A stretch of 64,000 nucleotides of DNA from assembly GCF_009914755.1 (NCBI RefSeq), contig NC_060932.1, one strand, 5' to 3'. Below the pieces are notes generated by a model. That model saw nothing but the letters and a program-made list of their open reading frames with translations. It was not told the origin of the DNA and did not search any database. A program made the position numbers and the translations under genes. Positions 12,320-26,159 of the stretch are shown one piece after another (position 1 is the stretch's first letter; each line of letters opens with the position of its first letter). The DNA is from the human T2T-CHM13v2.0 reference genome, Homo sapiens.

Positions 12320-12513
12320 GATAATGTGAATGAGCCTTGTCCAATTAGTTGAACTCCTTAGGCAGAAAAGATTGAGGTCCCCCGAGAAAGAATTCAGACC
12401 GCCTTTAGACTTTAGCTACATCAGCTTTTCTCTGGGTCTCCAGACTGCTGGTCTGCCCTACAGATCGCAGACTTGCTAGGCTCCATCTGATATGTCTCTC
12501 TCTTTCTCTTCCA

Positions 12514-12516
<3 letters not shown>

Positions 12517-12580
<64 letters not shown>

Positions 12581-12650
12581 TCCTATAGATAGATAGATAG
12601 ATAGATCTATAGGATGATAGATATATATTGATAGATGATAGATGATAGAT
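12517..12650. repeat. (GATA)16 STR plus degenerate extension
   Basis: 16 uninterrupted GATA units at 12517-12580. Confidence 0.97.
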
Positions 12651-14139
12651 AAGCTCTATCTTTTTCTCTATATTTCTATCTCTATATTTCTTCCTCTGTC
12701 TCTATATCTCTGTCTCTATATCCACACACACGTCTTATTGATTCTGTTTCTCTGAAGAACACTGACTAATACAAGTCCCCTCAGAACCATCAGATAGGGT
12801 GTGGGGGTGGTATTCTTAAAATTCACCCAGTGTCAATGAGATGTGGACAGAGGGCACTCTCTCAGGCTGCTGGTGTGAGTAGAGATGGTGCAGCCACTGT
12901 GAGGAGCAATCTGTCAATATCCAGGTCACTCATCCTGTGACCTGGCCTCAGAAGAGCAACCCGGAAGGACTACAGAGCCAAACCCACTGGGAATCTGCTG
13001 AGTGGACCAAAATGATTGCCAAGTGCATTTACACAAAGGCGCCACTCGGTGAGACAATTTCAAAACTATCTCAAATCATTCAAGAATGAGAGACCTAAGT
13101 CACATTCATGATATGAAAAAAAAAAAAAAAAAAGAAGAAGCCGGTGGGGCCATGCCTAGTACTTTGGGACTCCATTGCCTCCCAGGGAGGTGCAGCCACT
13201 GCTCCTGCTTACCAGCCACCCCAAAATGACCTGTTGTCCTCACAGCCAGAGCAAAAAGCCTACGTTCACGACATAAAGAGAAGAAAGCCCCTAGAACAGT
13301 GTCTTCATATAAGTGCTTGACAAATATTAGCTATGATTAAGGACATAAAACTATACATTTCACTGTTTTTATTTTAAGCAACTTGCTACATAAAATGCCT
13401 GCCTTCTTTCTAGCACTTCTACCCTGCATATGGTGGTGCCAAATGAACCCTTTTGATGGAACTAGCCAGTTCTGTTGAATAGTCCATTGACTCAGACATA
13501 GCTTGATTTACTCTTTTTCCACCAAATTAACAAATGGTGGATATTTGTCAGTCATTAGGCAGTTGGTAAGAGGACCACTCTCACTCTTAAACACAAAACA
13601 CACAATTGTGTGAAATTTCACAATGAACAGTTGATTACAACAGAAGTAAACTGAAATCGAATTTCTTCCTCAGCTTTCTTATTGTGTTCTTTTTATTTCC
13701 TAGTGGGTCTTGATGAACTAAACTACTTTTAAAGCCTCATTTTTCCTGCCTCCTACTATAGATCAAAACAGAGCCCTTCAAATTCATCACAGGGAGCTCA
13801 TGGTCGGCACAAAACAAACACTGAGAGGTATGTTTCATTACATCCTTAGTGATCTTTTAGAGTGTCATATAATGAATAACATGGATTTCTGGAAGGTAAC
13901 TTGGCACTCTTCCAGAGGTCAGCCCGCCAGATTCATTTCTAAAGCTTTAACATTTTCTATACCTTTGAACTAAACAATTCCACTTCTTAGAAATTATCCA
14001 AAAGGCAAAATAATATCATAAGACATATGGAATGATTTAACTGCATTATTTCTCAATTTTTGAGAAAGAATTTGTGTAACTTCTCTAGTAAGAACAATGG
14101 GGCTTATGTTTGTTTTTGCTTGTTTATGTGTGTGTTTTA

Positions 14140-14275
14140 AGAGCCTGAGCTTTAGGGAGAAGCAAACTCGAGTCAGAACTCTGAGCCTGCCCTTTTAAAT
14201 AGCCACAAGATATGAGGAAGTCACCTGGCTTCTCTGAGTGCCAGCTTTGGGATCTGCAAAATGGCGATAATATAT
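14140..14275 (+). mobile_element. MIR fragment
   Basis: aagagcctgagcttt...aagtcacctggcttctctgagtgccag...atctgcaaaatgg. Confidence 0.5.
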
Positions 14276-14909
14276 GCCTCCCTCAATGCTCATTACAGAC
14301 CCTTGCACACCTACATTTCAATAGTAATAACTAATACATGCAGTCAGTGTATTTTTGAAGGAATGGGTGGATACACGATTGAACAACTGAATAAACCATC
14401 CAGAGTCTCTCCATGGAGCTGGCTGGTCATGGTGAGGAGGCCAGGCTGTCCCATGGACTAGAGTCCTCCATCTTGGCCACAGGTTTCCTGAGCTGAGAGA
14501 AATCACAAGGAGCTATCACCCCTTCACCCTCCCTCACTGTCTGACCAAAGACTTGTTCCACTGTCCCATCCAGTTGATGAGACTTAAAGTCTCTTTAGAG
14601 AAAGAAGGCTAAGGCCGTACACCTACTGTGTCCAGGCAGTAGAGCTGGAGCACCTCAGTTAGTGAGCAATTCTCATGGCTCAGGACTTCACTCTGTTTCT
14701 TAAACACTGGATGAAAATAGGATTTACATCACTGAGTACTCATGCTGAGAAACAAGACCACAGGCTATGCAGCCATTATTTCAAGTGCTTATCTTATGTT
14801 AGAGATACAACCTCTGCATTTATTGAGAAGAAAGTGGAGTCTGACAGTAACTGCTACAAAGTTTTCACCAAGAGCCCTGACAGCTGTCCTTCAAACATTC
14901 CTAACAACC

Positions 14910-15110
14910 CTTATGATCAAGTGAAAACTCTTAAAGTGACCTGCAAAGCCTTTTGTAATCTGCCCCTGCTTACTCCTCTGGCCTCATTTGTGGGCACCTC
15001 ATGGTAAGACACACCAAAAAGTCTGTAATTTCTCTACTCTTCGTGCTCCCCTTGCCTCTGGGCCTTCGCACATGGTTTTCCTTCTGCCTGGAACATTCTC
15101 CCTTCTACTT
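14910..15110 (+). mobile_element. L2 fragment
   Basis: aactccttaa-like text; ttgcctctgggccttcgcacatggttttccttctgcctggaacattctccc. Confidence 0.5.
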
Positions 15111-15118
15111 GGCTAGTT

Positions 15119-15121
<3 letters not shown>

Positions 15122-15160
<39 letters not shown>
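15122..15160. repeat. (CA)n microsatellite, about 19 units
   Basis: Read directly. Confidence 0.97.
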
Positions 15161-15163
<3 letters not shown>

Positions 15164-15991
15164 GTACATATAGATAGATAGATATTTCTCATCAGTCTGA
15201 CTCCTGTATCTCTTTCTTAATTAGTTATAAACTCAAGCAGGAAAGAAGAGTGCTATTTATAGACTTCTTCAACTTACGACCTCAACATCTGTGAGTATAC
15301 CAAAGAAGGTTTGTAATACACAACTAGGTATTTAATAGAAGTTGTCTCTGGGTATGTTTGGCTGTATTTTATAGTTTTCCTGTTAGAAATATATATTGCT
15401 AAAATTTTCATGCTCCAGTCTCTACTGAAAAATAACTGTTTCATTTTACATTTCCACCTGCCTTGATGAGCTAGGATTTAAATTCAAGTCAGTCTGCTTC
15501 CAAAGCCCATGCTTTCACTATGTGACCATATGATTTACTATTCTTCCCAGTTTGGGTTAAAATTACTTCTTTTAATTCCACACTCTCCACATTTATCTCT
15601 CAGATCCATCTTACATTCACTGCCTAACTTTCCTTTCCTCTTATCCTTTCCCAGGGGTGAAACTTTAAGGGAAAAATTTTTGAATAATAATAACCTACTC
15701 ACATTCAAGGTAGTTTTGAGGCATGAAGCACTTGAATACTAAGCTCTTAGAATCTGAGCTTTTAATACAATAAAATATTCGCTGGAGATTGGATCAGAAA
15801 AGGGTGTGTAGGTTACAGTCAATTTAAAGTCCACTATTGCTCAGAGAAAGTATTCAATAAATATCAGCTGATGAGCATTTGAAGATGCATTCCAGAGCAC
15901 TAAGGAAGATAATTTTCCAGCTGAGAGACTTCAATGTTAGGAGACTTAAAACAGCCAGCAAGGTCTCCTTTTATGATATGTCATCTTTAAC

Positions 15992-16039
15992 TGGGAAAGC
16001 AGCTAAAAGAATGAGGACACAGGTCAAACAATATGGTTA
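15992..16039 (+). repeat. 48-bp dispersed direct repeat, copy 1 (partner 18701-18748)
   Basis: tgggaa(a/g)gcagctaaaagaatgaggacacaggtcaaacaatatggtta, 47/48 identical. Confidence 0.95.
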
Positions 16040-16379
16040 GAAAGGAAGGTGAGCAAGATTTACCATTATTTTACCGCACAGGGACACTGTGTCCATCCTG
16101 AATGCACCCCTCAGGCAATGAGAATATAAAGTTTTTTACTATAACAATTCAATGACTAGTTGTTTATTGAAAAGCGTATCTATTGCACCCAAACTCCTGT
16201 CATTCACAGTGGCTTACCCAATAAATTTCTGGGTCAGTGAGTTAGACAGATAAATAAAATAAGAAAAACTAGGAAAAGAAGAAATGGAATGTTCCCACTT
16301 ACCTATACCTGTCCCTGTGGGCACCATTCATTTTTCCCCCACAAAGAAAGAAATTCCTTCTCTAAAATAGTCAATCAAC

Positions 16380-17350
16380 AGAATTAAGTCAGCTGCTGAT
16401 ATTTTTAAAACTCAGACCTCTGCTGAGAGCATCGCTGTTCCATTTTGCCACACACCGTTTCCATTTCTCAGCTGTACTCTCTCCCTCGCTCTTGGCCTTG
16501 GCACAGTTACACTGGGCTTTCTTTTTCTTTCTAAGACAGTCTACACTCTCAGGCATCCATGGTGGCTGCAGAATAATGGCCCCTGAAGATGCCCCATGGC
16601 CTAATTCTCAGAACATTGTGAGTATATTTCTCCACATGGCAAAAAAGGACTTTGCAGTTATAATTAAGATAAATGACTTTGAGATGGGTAGATTATCATA
16701 GGTTTTTCAGGGTGGTCCAACCTATTCACATGAGTCCAGAAAACCAAACAAAAGTCAGTGTGAGAAGCACTCTGTCCACCGTCACTGTCTTTGAAGATGG
16801 AGGAGGGGGCTACAAGGAAAGGAATGCAGACGGCCTTTCTTGGCTGAAAAAGGCACAAAAAGGGATTTTCCCCTAAAGTCTCCAGAAAGAAATGCACTCT
16901 GCCAACATCTTGATTTTAGCCCAGTGAGACCCATGTCAGACTTCTGATCTACAGTTATAAATTTGTATTGTTTAATCTACAAGTTTGTGGTAGTTTATTA
17001 TAGCAAATATATTTCCGTATGTATTCCCCTTTACCTAGAACATTCTCTCCTACCTCTACTACATGGTAAATGTTTCATTCCTTTCTGCTCCTCAGATATC
17101 ATCTTCTCCATGAAGACTTTCCAAGGACATCCTCTTGTAAGGTTCTCTGATGGGCTATCCATCCTCTTTGCTCCCAAATCTTCATATATTCACCTCAAGT
17201 GGGTATATTGTGATTATTGTTATAAACAGAACTCCATCATCTCCCTGTACTACATATCTTTAATAGCAAAGACCATGTGTTCTCATCTAAGTTCAGGGTC
17301 TAGCACATAGCAGGCAGTCCCTGATATTTGAACGAACAAATGGATGAAAG
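16380..17350 (+). mobile_element. L2 fragment split by an MLT1 LTR
   Basis: L2 3' text incl. cagggtctagcacatagcaggcag...atatttgaacgaacaaatggatgaa. Confidence 0.5.
16558..17010 (+). mobile_element. MLT1D-like MaLR solo LTR
   Basis: gcagaataatggcccc...catggcaaaaaaggactttgcag...tgattttagcccagtgagaccc...aagtttgtggtagttt. Confidence 0.75.
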
Positions 17351-17708
17351 GATGTTTATAACACTCCTAGCTACAGACTGGAATTCTGAAAGACGTCAAG
17401 GCAAACATGAACAAAATCAGGCTATAAACATGTAAAACCATTAGTAAAATATCAAAATAGGATCTAAACACTCATTTTTCTAGGTTTACAATACTGCATG
17501 AATCACTGCTATGCTACAGTAACATTTAGGAAAGGAAAAGATTGAGTATTTAATGATCTCATAAGAATTATCTGCTAAATTTGTTAACTATTAGGTAGGA
17601 GGGGAAAAGTCTTCTTTTCTTTGGTGAGCCCTGAACACCCCACTCCCTGTCCCAGTCTTAAGTGACAGATTTTGGGGTTCTTGGTGCCTTTTAACTATCT
17701 AAAGATAG

Positions 17709-18232
<524 letters not shown>

Positions 18233-18700
18233 GGCATAGATCACCCTGGATCTCTGGTTGTGACCACTTCTGGCTTCTCTGGACAGCCAGTCTGAGACCT
18301 CACTTCTGAGTCCAGGCACTGGCTGGGCGAGGTAGGATTAGGTAAATACTAATTTCCTTCCTCCCTTCCCTGACCACACAGAACTATTTCTGATGGAACC
18401 AGACCCTCATTTAGCCTCAGGTTTCCCCATGCTTATTCCTTTTCCATTGACAATGGCAACACCTCTCCTTTGACTGAGCCCCAGAGCTTGATGATTAAAA
18501 CAGATCAGCCACAGCATGTGGGCCTGGGAAGCACAGGGCTGCCAGGCAAGTACGGAAAATTCAACAGATTTGAGGGCAGATCTGACAAGATCGCATTACA
18601 ATCGGTCATCTGTGTCCCGAGTACTTCAGGCTTTAACTCAATCAGACCAAAAAAAAAAATTCACTTCTTCACCAGAAGTAAAACATTGTTTCTAGGCAAG

Positions 18701-18748
18701 TGGGAAGGCAGCTAAAAGAATGAGGACACAGGTCAAACAATATGGTTA
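18701..18748 (+). repeat. 48-bp dispersed direct repeat, copy 2
   Basis: Matches 15992-16039 at offset 2709. Confidence 0.95.
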
Positions 18749-19995
18749 ACACTTCCAAAACATACCTAAAATTCTCTTCCATCTCTGCATGGCTTGGCAG
18801 CATTATTTACATCTGGAAACAAAGCGACAAAAGCCGCTTTTCCTCATTTTCCACCATTTAGCTTGATCGTGCTCTTTCAGACTTAGAGATGTCCCAGACT
18901 CCCGCCCCCACAACACATCCCACACCCAAACAATCTATTCCTTTCTCCCCTCCCTAAAAGTGAAAACTCAGTGAGATAAAGCAGAGGTTCTGGAGAAAGA
19001 ACAAGGAATCCCATCCAGAAGATTACAGTGGGTCAAGCTGAGTCTCTACAGAATGACCATCTGCAGAATGAGCAGGGAGAAAGCATCAGCTTCTCTCTGA
19101 GAACTGCAGACACCCACTTACGGGTAGGAGCCCCCCAGGGTGAATGGATAATCTCTTTTATGGCTCTGATGGACATCCAAGTACTTCATGACTGTGTCCA
19201 TAGGGTTACCCCAGCAGCCCTGGACCACTGACATTTGGGACCTAAACAAAAGGGAGTTGGTCACCAAAGCAAAAATATTCCAAATTTCACTGCATTCCAG
19301 AGTGCAACAGATTATTTTTCAAACCGCCTGCTGTTTGTTACTGCCTACCCAGCACTGGCCTAGACAACTCCTTCAAGTTAAATCTGAAATGGGCTTTGCC
19401 GCTTTAAGGCCTCCGAGAACTGAATATAATATATGCAGCTGCATTTCAGCCCTGCTCTCCATGAAATAAGAAATGTGAAATTTTGCTGCTGATTCCCAAT
19501 AGTCCTAAATTCATAAAAATGAACTTTTGCAGTCATTTGAATAATATTTTTAAATGTATTCAACACTGCTTTCAAATTCCCTTCCCAGGACTGTGTTTTC
19601 ATTCCAGCCCAGCCGCCACAGACCTCCATACTCGGCAGAATTTTCAGCCGTGCATAAATATAAGCGCATCTACCCTGGTGAAATTTCACGTACACACGGA
19701 GATTATTTTTAGTTATGGAACCCAGTCAAAACTTTGTATAAAGCAAAATCAACCAAGAGCAAAATTGGTAGACAAAATGATGATGTTCTTATTTTTTCAT
19801 CTATTTTTATATTCTTTCTAGACATTTCTAGACATGAGTCAAGAGAAGCAAATGCCTTAACGAAGGCAATTTTGATGATAATGGTGACAACATCACTAGC
19901 CAAGTTATTCCTTGACTTTTTGGTTAAATATAAAATCCATATGTAGATAAGATCACATCTACCTATATGTTTCACTTTTCAAAAATGTCGAAGTT

Positions 19996-20192
19996 GGCTG
20001 GGCACAGTGGCTCACGCCTGTAATCCCAACACTTTGAAAGGCTGAGGTGGGAGGATCACTTGAGGCCAGGAGAGGCTGAGAGGAGAAGATCCCTTGAGTC
20101 CAGGAGTTCAAGGTTACAGTGAGCTATGATCGCACCACTGCGCTCCAGCCTGTGTGACAGAGCAAGCTGCTGTCTCAAAAACAAACAACAAA
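19996..20192 (+). mobile_element. AluJ with internal deletion (left arm fused to right arm)
   Basis: ggctgggcacagtggctcacgcc...ccaggag jumps to aggctgag...gtgagctatgatcgcaccactg. Confidence 0.85.
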
Positions 20193-20284
20193 AGTCAGAG
20201 TAGAGGTAGTCCGCCTTTTTGAAAAAAGGAAAAATAAAGCTTTCATCAGATAAATAGTCAAGCAAAAATTATTGAACACCCACC

Positions 20285-20390
20285 AGAATGGAAGCCCCCT
20301 AAGGGCTGAGACTTGGTCTTTGTTGTTCACTATTGTAGCCTCAGCACCCACCACAATGACTAGCACATAGTAAGTGCTCAGTAAATCCTG
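20285..20390 (+). mobile_element. L2 3' end
   Basis: ttgttcactattgtagcctcagcac...tagcacatagtaagtgctcagtaaat. Confidence 0.55.
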
Positions 20391-20429
20391 TGCTCACATG
20401 CTCCAGGGTGCGGCTACCTCATCAATCAG

Positions 20430-20780
20430 CCAGTTATTGCCACAACAATGCTGTGTGTCACACAACCACAGAATCTCAGTCTCACACAACAATAAACACT
20501 TATTTCTTGCTCACAGATCTGTCGGTTGGCTAGAGTTTAGCTGATCCAGGTTGACTGAGCTGGATTCAGATAGGCTCTACATGTCTGTCATCCTCTTTGA
20601 ACCAACAGCATTTGAAACATGATCTTCTCCTAGAGAAAGAGAGGAGTACAAGGGGCCAAGCCAATCCACAAGCTCTTATAAAGCCTCTGCTTTCATGTCA
20701 GGTAATATCCCACTGGCCAAAGCAAGTCACATGGCCAAGCCCAGCATGTGTCCCCTCCCATAGAGGTGGGGTCAGAGAGG
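20430..20780 (-). mobile_element. Old MLT1 (J/K-like) LTR
   Basis: acaataaacacttatttcttgctcac...cactggccaaagcaagtcacatggccaagccc. Confidence 0.55.
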
Positions 20781-23571
20781 GTGCAAATATCTCCCATAGG
20801 CTAGCATTTCTAAAACTTGAATAAGGTACTTTCCTTTTAAAGAAAAAAAAATCCTCAAGGACCTCCAGGGTTGACCAGTTATTTTTATTATAACTCACTT
20901 AAATATATAGAAATACAAAATGATTTATATGCTTGTAGTCTCATACCACTATAAAATGAATGCACTAATTAAACCCAAAACTGCAAAGCCAATAAAACTC
21001 AAAATAACATTAGTGGCATGTAAAGGATTATATTGTTTTGCTGAAACTAAGTTGCTGCTTTCAATTTGAATACGGTGCCGACTGCAATGGCCCAGATTCC
21101 CTTGCATTCATCATGCCTGAGCTGCCACGTGCTACATAAAGACCCCATTTCCCGAACATTTTTCTCCCTTCTAAAAACAGCACTCTGTGATATCATTTGG
21201 CCTATACTTGACGCAGATGCATTTTTTTAATTAAGCCTATTTTTTCTCATTAGACCATGACAATTAATGAATTTCAACTCAGGACCGACCAATGCTCCAG
21301 AAAATCCAAATGCACTAAAAATGAATGAATAGAGGAATAGGTGCTTGTGGTATTAAGCATCATCCAGATGATCTGGAATAAGTAGATAAAGGGACATTTT
21401 TTTAAGATCATTATTTAAATGAAACTTCAAATTTTTCCATCTGTTGCCTCCATGCTGTTATGATTTCTTCCAGTCACAGTTGCCAACATGTCCACTACAG
21501 CCCCAAGGAATGCTCTAAAAGCTCAAAACTACTCTTGAAAGCCTGTCTCAAAGGAAATAGACCAGAAAGATTAGGAAGAGGGAGGCCTGAGAAAGCAAGC
21601 ATCATTTCATAGGGTGGACAGCTGCCAGTTTCTGCCTTCCCAGCATTCACACCTGACTTCCTTTAGTGACCTAAAGGGATGGGCAGAATGACCCAGCCAA
21701 CTTGCTCTTCCAGGAAAACTTCAGGATGGAAAACAGCTCCTGCTTCATCCTGAGGTGAGTCCCGAAAAGACTATCCCTAATTTCCCAGTATTTAGAACCC
21801 CAGAATTGCCCCACTTCCTTTTGAGACCAGGTCCATATACAATTCATGCTTTTCCCTCAATCCTGGGAACTGCTCCATGGCCTACCAGTGGATTCATTTT
21901 TGGCTTAAGTAGCCAGAGTTGGTTTCTGTGCCCCAACTGATAAATGTTCCAACATGAATTTCTAAACATAAACAACCTCAAACAAGGCAATGATTACACG
22001 AACAAATGCAACTGTGTTTGCCTTCAGGTTCCCAAAACAGAAGTGATCTCATCCCCAAATGCTGTTTATGCTGTATATTCAGCTGTCACCACCCTGGAGT
22101 TAACCCTTCCTCATCTATCCTCCAGCCCCAGAGCTCTGGGAATATCTACATCAAGAGGAGAGAGTACTAACACCCACTCCCCAACACTGCCAGGGCTCAG
22201 GGGAAGGGCCACTGGATGCTTGTACGAGTCAGGTACATGCTCCTTTAACCCAGCCCCATGTCCCTGAAACAGGTGCCACCAGGGCAAGGCAGGCTGAGGG
22301 AGAATGAATGGATGGCTCCCCACACCTCCACAACACCACTGGGCCCAAGTACACCAAATACAAATAAAACCTGCTGAATCACTTTCAGTTCTTTCGTTCT
22401 TTGTATGAACATCATTCACTCCCTTTCTCAGACACTTGTTGAGCCCCTTCTACTTCTACAAGTGATGCAGGTCCAAAACAAACAGCATTCCACGACAGAG
22501 AGCCCCTTGGGGATGGCAGCTAAAGCTTATTAACCTCTGAAAGCTCAGGGTCAAGTGCAGTGTCTACAGGTAGCAGCTGCTCCATGAACCTGGTGTTCTA
22601 ATGATATGAAATGTACAAAAATCACATACCACACAGGAATGAAAACTTTCTTCACACCATGTTTGAGCCAGTGTGCAAAGTTGAGTGTTATCAGCGGGAA
22701 GCACCCTAGATGCTGTGCTTTATTCTTTGGCACTTTGCTCTTCCCTAGGTGTCTCCCCATCCACTCATGCCCTTGCTCATTCAACCAGGATTTATGGGAA
22801 CCCCAGTCCTGCTTCTCTGACATGTCTTCAGTGGAGTCCAGCCTACAATAGAGTACGAGATTTGACAATTCTTCTCACTTTGGCAAAAAAAAAAAAAAAA
22901 AAAAAAATCAAGAAACCTCAGGCAATGGACTCTACAGCACAGGAGGAACCAAAAAGCTAAAAAGCAGTAGGGGCTTTGAGGGCTGAAGCAGGAGTGGAGA
23001 AAGAAGAAAGAAACAGTTGGAGAGATGTTCTCCAGGCTTGAAATAGAAATGCTGAGCGGCTGCAACAGATTTCGATCTGCTAATCTGAAAAGTCACATTA
23101 CTTGGTCCTGATGTGAATCAGTGAAGGCTCTTTTTTTTTTCATATCTGCCCATATATTTCCACTGCTCCATACGCAGGCGCCACCACCCAAGGAAGCCGC
23201 TTGCCTGTTACCTCAGGGCAGAGTGACAGCGGGCAAAGCGGGGATGTGAACAACTCCAGGCACTCAGCCTTCTGTCCAAGCTACCAATAGATCCCCAGGA
23301 ATGCTTGCTACAAACCTTTGGGAGGTTATTCCTCCATGAATGAATGCTTACAAATGAAACAGAGGCCTTTAATACATTGCAGCGAGAGACACAAAGGTCA
23401 GGGCATTGAGGCTGCACATTTTTAGAATTCAGCTTTCTTTGTTCTCTACCACCTGCATCCTCCATCCAACGTCATCCCAATTTTAAACTCCCCAGGGCTA
23501 CAGGAATTTGCTATTGGAGGCATTAATATTACAAATATCACAGCTATGCTGCCTCAAAAGTAAAATTTTAC

Positions 23572-23720
23572 TCTGGGCAAGGTGGTGTGTACCTGTAATC
23601 CCAGCACTTTGGGAGGCTGGGAGGATCGCTTGAGGCCAGGAGTTCAAGACCAGCCTGGGCAACATAGCGAGACCCTGTCTCCAGAATAAACATTAAAATA
23701 AAGTAATAAATAAATAAAAT
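23572..23720 (+). mobile_element. FLAM / Alu left monomer
   Basis: cctgtaatcccagcactttgggagg...gggcaacatagcgagaccctgtctc plus A-rich tail. Confidence 0.85.
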
Positions 23721-23782
23721 TCTTGCACATTTCCATACCACATTTCCAAGGAGACAAGAGTGGGTTGTGGGTTTCTTGACAA

Positions 23783-23836
23783 TTTTTATAACTATATATG
23801 ATTTTATAACTGTATATGATTTTATAACTATATATG
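23783..23836. repeat. 18-bp unit x3 minisatellite (attttataactatatatg)
   Basis: Read directly. Confidence 0.9.
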
Positions 23837-25322
23837 GCTCTCAATTATTCATGAGAAGACAATAAGTAAGTCTTTAGAAAACCCTTAGGATTTTTTCAGC
23901 TATTAGTTTCACCCTCCTGGACCCAACTCACAGCGCTAACAAGTAGTAAAATGAGCCATTTCTTCATTCCCCACTTCCCCGGAAGGTGAGGCCAGTCAAT
24001 ACCGAACTGATGAAAAGGCAGGCAGGCAGGCAAAGCCTGGAGGGAAATGTCACAGGTCATGTGCTCCACAATTGTCACAATAACTTTGAACTAGAAATAA
24101 TTTTTGTCCCCAAGAGAGCCACTCCCTCCTCACTCAGTCTTCCTGAAATATATTTTATGTTCTGGTTCTCATTTCCTAGGATCTTATTCATTTGCTACCA
24201 GGATCAGCATACGCTTTTTACCCAAGGTAAGAGAAGGTTTGTATCTCTAATACCATCTAGCAGTTATTCAAGCATTTGTTCAGTAATTCTAGAATCTTAT
24301 TGCATTGCTCACAGTCGGCACTCACTGTGTGAGTGGCACGGTGCTGGGCCCAGACAATACACGAAGAACAAGATGATTGAGGCATAGCCTGGGAGGCAGC
24401 CATTCATGACACAAATAGCTATTTAGTGACCATTGTGATGTAGCTTTAAAAGAATACAACTTGTGAAATCCATTTCCTTTCAAGACCTGCCCTTAGAGAA
24501 GAGAGGGAAAACCCGCAGCAAGGCAGGTGTGTGCCCACAGGTTAACGTGACTTGGGGCACGTCTGAATAGGAAGCTTCCACCTAATTCTTTTTTGTACTC
24601 TGGGAAAGCAGCATGGGCTTTGCACCAAAATGCACTAATTTATGTTAAATCAAAATATTGGGGAAAACTCTTCAACTAAAGCACAACATTTCAGAAAGAG
24701 AGTGTGCACAGCCCCACTCATGAAGGAGGCAGTTGGCCTGACGTTGTCCTTGATGTCATCCTTCCATACCTCTGGTCACCTTCCAGCTTCCTCTAAGCTC
24801 TACCCATCTCCATTTGCCTCTGGACACCTACCTCCAAGCTCATTTCTACTAATTCTAACAGAGATATTGGGTGAAAATGGCCTGGTTCAGAATTGTTTGC
24901 ATTTTAAAGGAAGATTCCAGAAGACTGAAAGAAATCTTTCAGATTCTAAAAATGGAAATGATAAAATTATCTCCTTGACCCATCAAACCACCTCCAATAG
25001 AGTCCCCCAAACCATTGCCCATTCCTAACCCATGGAGAGAAATGGGTCCACCTGTTATATGTGCAAACCCTGAGTCTGTGTCTTATTTCTATGTGTGCTC
25101 ACTTCTAGCACGCTGGCCTCTGAAGCACCTGAGGTGACAGGGAAACATGTGAAGCCATTTTAAAACAACAACTGAATCCAAAGTGGCAGCCTGTGTCAAG
25201 ATATCAAACTCAGATCAGTTATCACTGAAACAATGTTACTCAAACACTTAACCTTGCTGTTGTTGTTTACTCATCCTTCAACTGTATACTTTTAAAGTGA
25301 TACAGAATCAGTCTTGTCCCAA

Positions 25323-25344
25323 ACACACACACACACACACACAC
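25323..25344. repeat. (CA)n microsatellite, about 11 units
   Basis: Read directly. Confidence 0.9.
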
Positions 25345-26159
25345 AAAACTGTCCTTATATGACCTTGACATAATTTTAGCAAGGACTTTCCAGGAAGAGA
25401 ATCTAGTAAAGCACCAGTAGGCATTATCTTTCTGAATCATCATAACTGCCTCTTGCTACCACAGAAAACGTAATTTTTGAAGAATGGGAGAATGTAAGCC
25501 AGATTCAGAAAGTTAAACATACACCTGTGGGGCAGCCTCAGCAGTATCATTTATACCCTCTGGAATTTGTAGCCCCAGAGTCCATTCCAGATATTATTGC
25601 AGTAACACACCTCACTATCCTGCAGCAGGAAGCAGGCACCCCACAAAAGTGGGAGCAGGTAGAGAATAAAGAACTAAACTGAATCACATCTAGCAAACAG
25701 ACTTCCCCTGTCGTATTCTCCCAAGCCCTGTTTTTCCTGCCCTTCTCTCTTTCCTGGTCTAATACAATTATTTTCCAACTGGCTTCACAATGCCAGAACT
25801 CTTTTCTCACAGGCTCCCCCTTCGCTCTGTTCTGTTGAATTGCATTTCCATTTCCAGTCCTCCAGTTCTAACAGTCTGGGTCTACACAATTGGCTGTGTC
25901 TTCCAGTGTTTCACCCACAGACACATGAGAACTAGTTTTGCAACCTACCACCACCCAAAACCCAAAATATTTAAAGGAGAGTGAGAGAGAGAGAATACTT
26001 CGTGTATTTACATGCAGGAGTACACCACAGTAGAAGCATATCAGGAATCAAGAGGCTGGACACCGACTGACAGGCACCAGACCAGGAGTGATCAGGGAGA
26101 TCTCGCGCTCCCCCACTTAACCCTCCTTGGCTGCCCAGTGCACCTGGAAAAAATTCCCC

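Larger units (their letters stand above)
12075..12772 (+). mobile_element. MLT2 (ERVL) solo LTR containing a small L1 and a GATA STR
   Basis: tgatggttaattttacatgtcaacttgac start; ttctgtttctctgaagaacactgactaataca end. Confidence 0.8.

Noticed and set aside
22860-22915. A23 tract as the tail of a processed pseudogene (also 13097 and 39418)
   Set aside because: No nearby upstream poly(A) signal with mRNA-like body and no convincing TSD
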